Positions 63,762 to 64,000 of a stretch of DNA of 64,000 nt are shown piece by piece (positions within the stretch are counted from its first letter, which is position 1; the number at the start of each line of letters is the position of its first letter). The translations under genes were made by a program, and so were the position numbers. Origin of the DNA: Thermoplasmata archaeon (lineage in GTDB: Archaea > Thermoplasmatota > Thermoplasmata > Halarchaeoplasmatales > Halarchaeoplasmataceae); NCBI GenBank assembly GCA_003553085.1, contig PUPH01000066.1, forward strand, positions 568 through 64,567. Direction: 5' to 3'. Below the pieces are notes generated by a model. The model was not told where the DNA came from. It did no database searches and saw only the letters and a program-made list of their open reading frames with translations.

Positions 63762-64000
63762 AAACTGCAATCCGGACGCTTAGTAACCGTGGGCTGAATA
63801 CGTCGCCGAAGCTTCGTACTTACACCCCGGTTCTATCAAACCCGTCTTCCACGGGAGTCCTCAGGTACCTCGTTTCAGGAAAAGTTTCAGGCTTAGATGC
63901 TTTCAGCCTTTATCTTCATACAGCGTGGCTACCCAGCGTGTGCCCTACCGGACAACTGGTAAACTAGTGGCTGCGAAACCCTGTTCCTCTCGTACTAAGG
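63762..64000 (-). rRNA. 23S rRNA, 3'-terminal about 240 nt (the gene continues right of the window). The 3' boundary is approximate
   Basis: The reverse complement contains the sarcin-ricin loop CCTTAGTACGAGAGGAACAGGG (window end), GCTGAAAGCATCTAAGC (63891-63907), and a 3' region alignable by eye to the E. coli 23S end (GAAGACGGGTTTGATAGAACCGGGGTGTAAG..ACGGTTACTAAGCGTCCGG). Confidence 0.85.

Noticed and set aside
63741-63796. C/D-box-like sRNA on the plus strand (CTGATGA at 63741, CTGA at 63793, 56 nt apart)
   Set aside because: It is antisense to the 3' end of 23S rRNA, has no convincing internal C'/D' boxes or terminal stem, and such short box matches are expected by chance.
1-64000. CRISPR arrays, transposases/IS elements, integrases, prophage or classical defence genes (restriction-modification, toxin-antitoxin, Cas)
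   Set aside because: I scanned all intergenic regions and all track translations. I found no regularly spaced direct repeats, no DDE/tyrosine-recombinase/HNH-type motifs and no Cas-like proteins. The only repeats are intragenic coding repeats and short terminator-like motifs.

Overview
Gene-dense archaeal chromosomal segment: about 50 protein genes on both strands, two intron-containing tRNA genes, and the 3' end of a 23S rRNA gene at the right edge (minus strand). Archaeal origin is supported by the PolD small subunit, aRF1, ribosomal proteins S3Ae and L10e, archaeal-type PheRS beta, AglB/STT3, a class-III-signal-peptide protein and tRNA introns at position 37/38. The predicted proteome is strikingly acidic. 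I infer a peptide- and lipid-degrading Thermoplasmatota-like or marine-group-like euryarchaeon, but cannot prove this from the window. Housekeeping genes: pheT, argS, trpS, a methanogen-type serS, aRF1, S3Ae, L10e, PolD-DP1, ScpB and a TrmJ-like methyltransferase. Accessory content worth a second look: (1) a tight five-gene type-IV-pilus/Tad-like operon with two ATPases and a split platform protein; (2) a 2223-aa AglB oligosaccharyltransferase fused to about 1200 aa of Ig-like surface modules; (3) a DtxR-ZnuABC operon whose ZnuA carries three near-identical modules with HxxHxH motifs; (4) a convergent cyanophycin synthetase/cyanophycinase pair; (5) a 1962-aa adhesin-like protein with a cytoplasmic triple zinc-ribbon tail; (6) a 750-bp gene-free interval with strong RNA-like hairpins; (7) a UbiA-fusion plus two radical-SAM genes; (8) NMNAT-PncC and S3Ae-(HhH)2 fusions; (9) a split MgtE/PhoU-RCK_C operon. 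I saw no CRISPR array, transposase, integrase or recognisable defence gene. All calls rest on reading the supplied translations and the DNA by eye; no searches were run.
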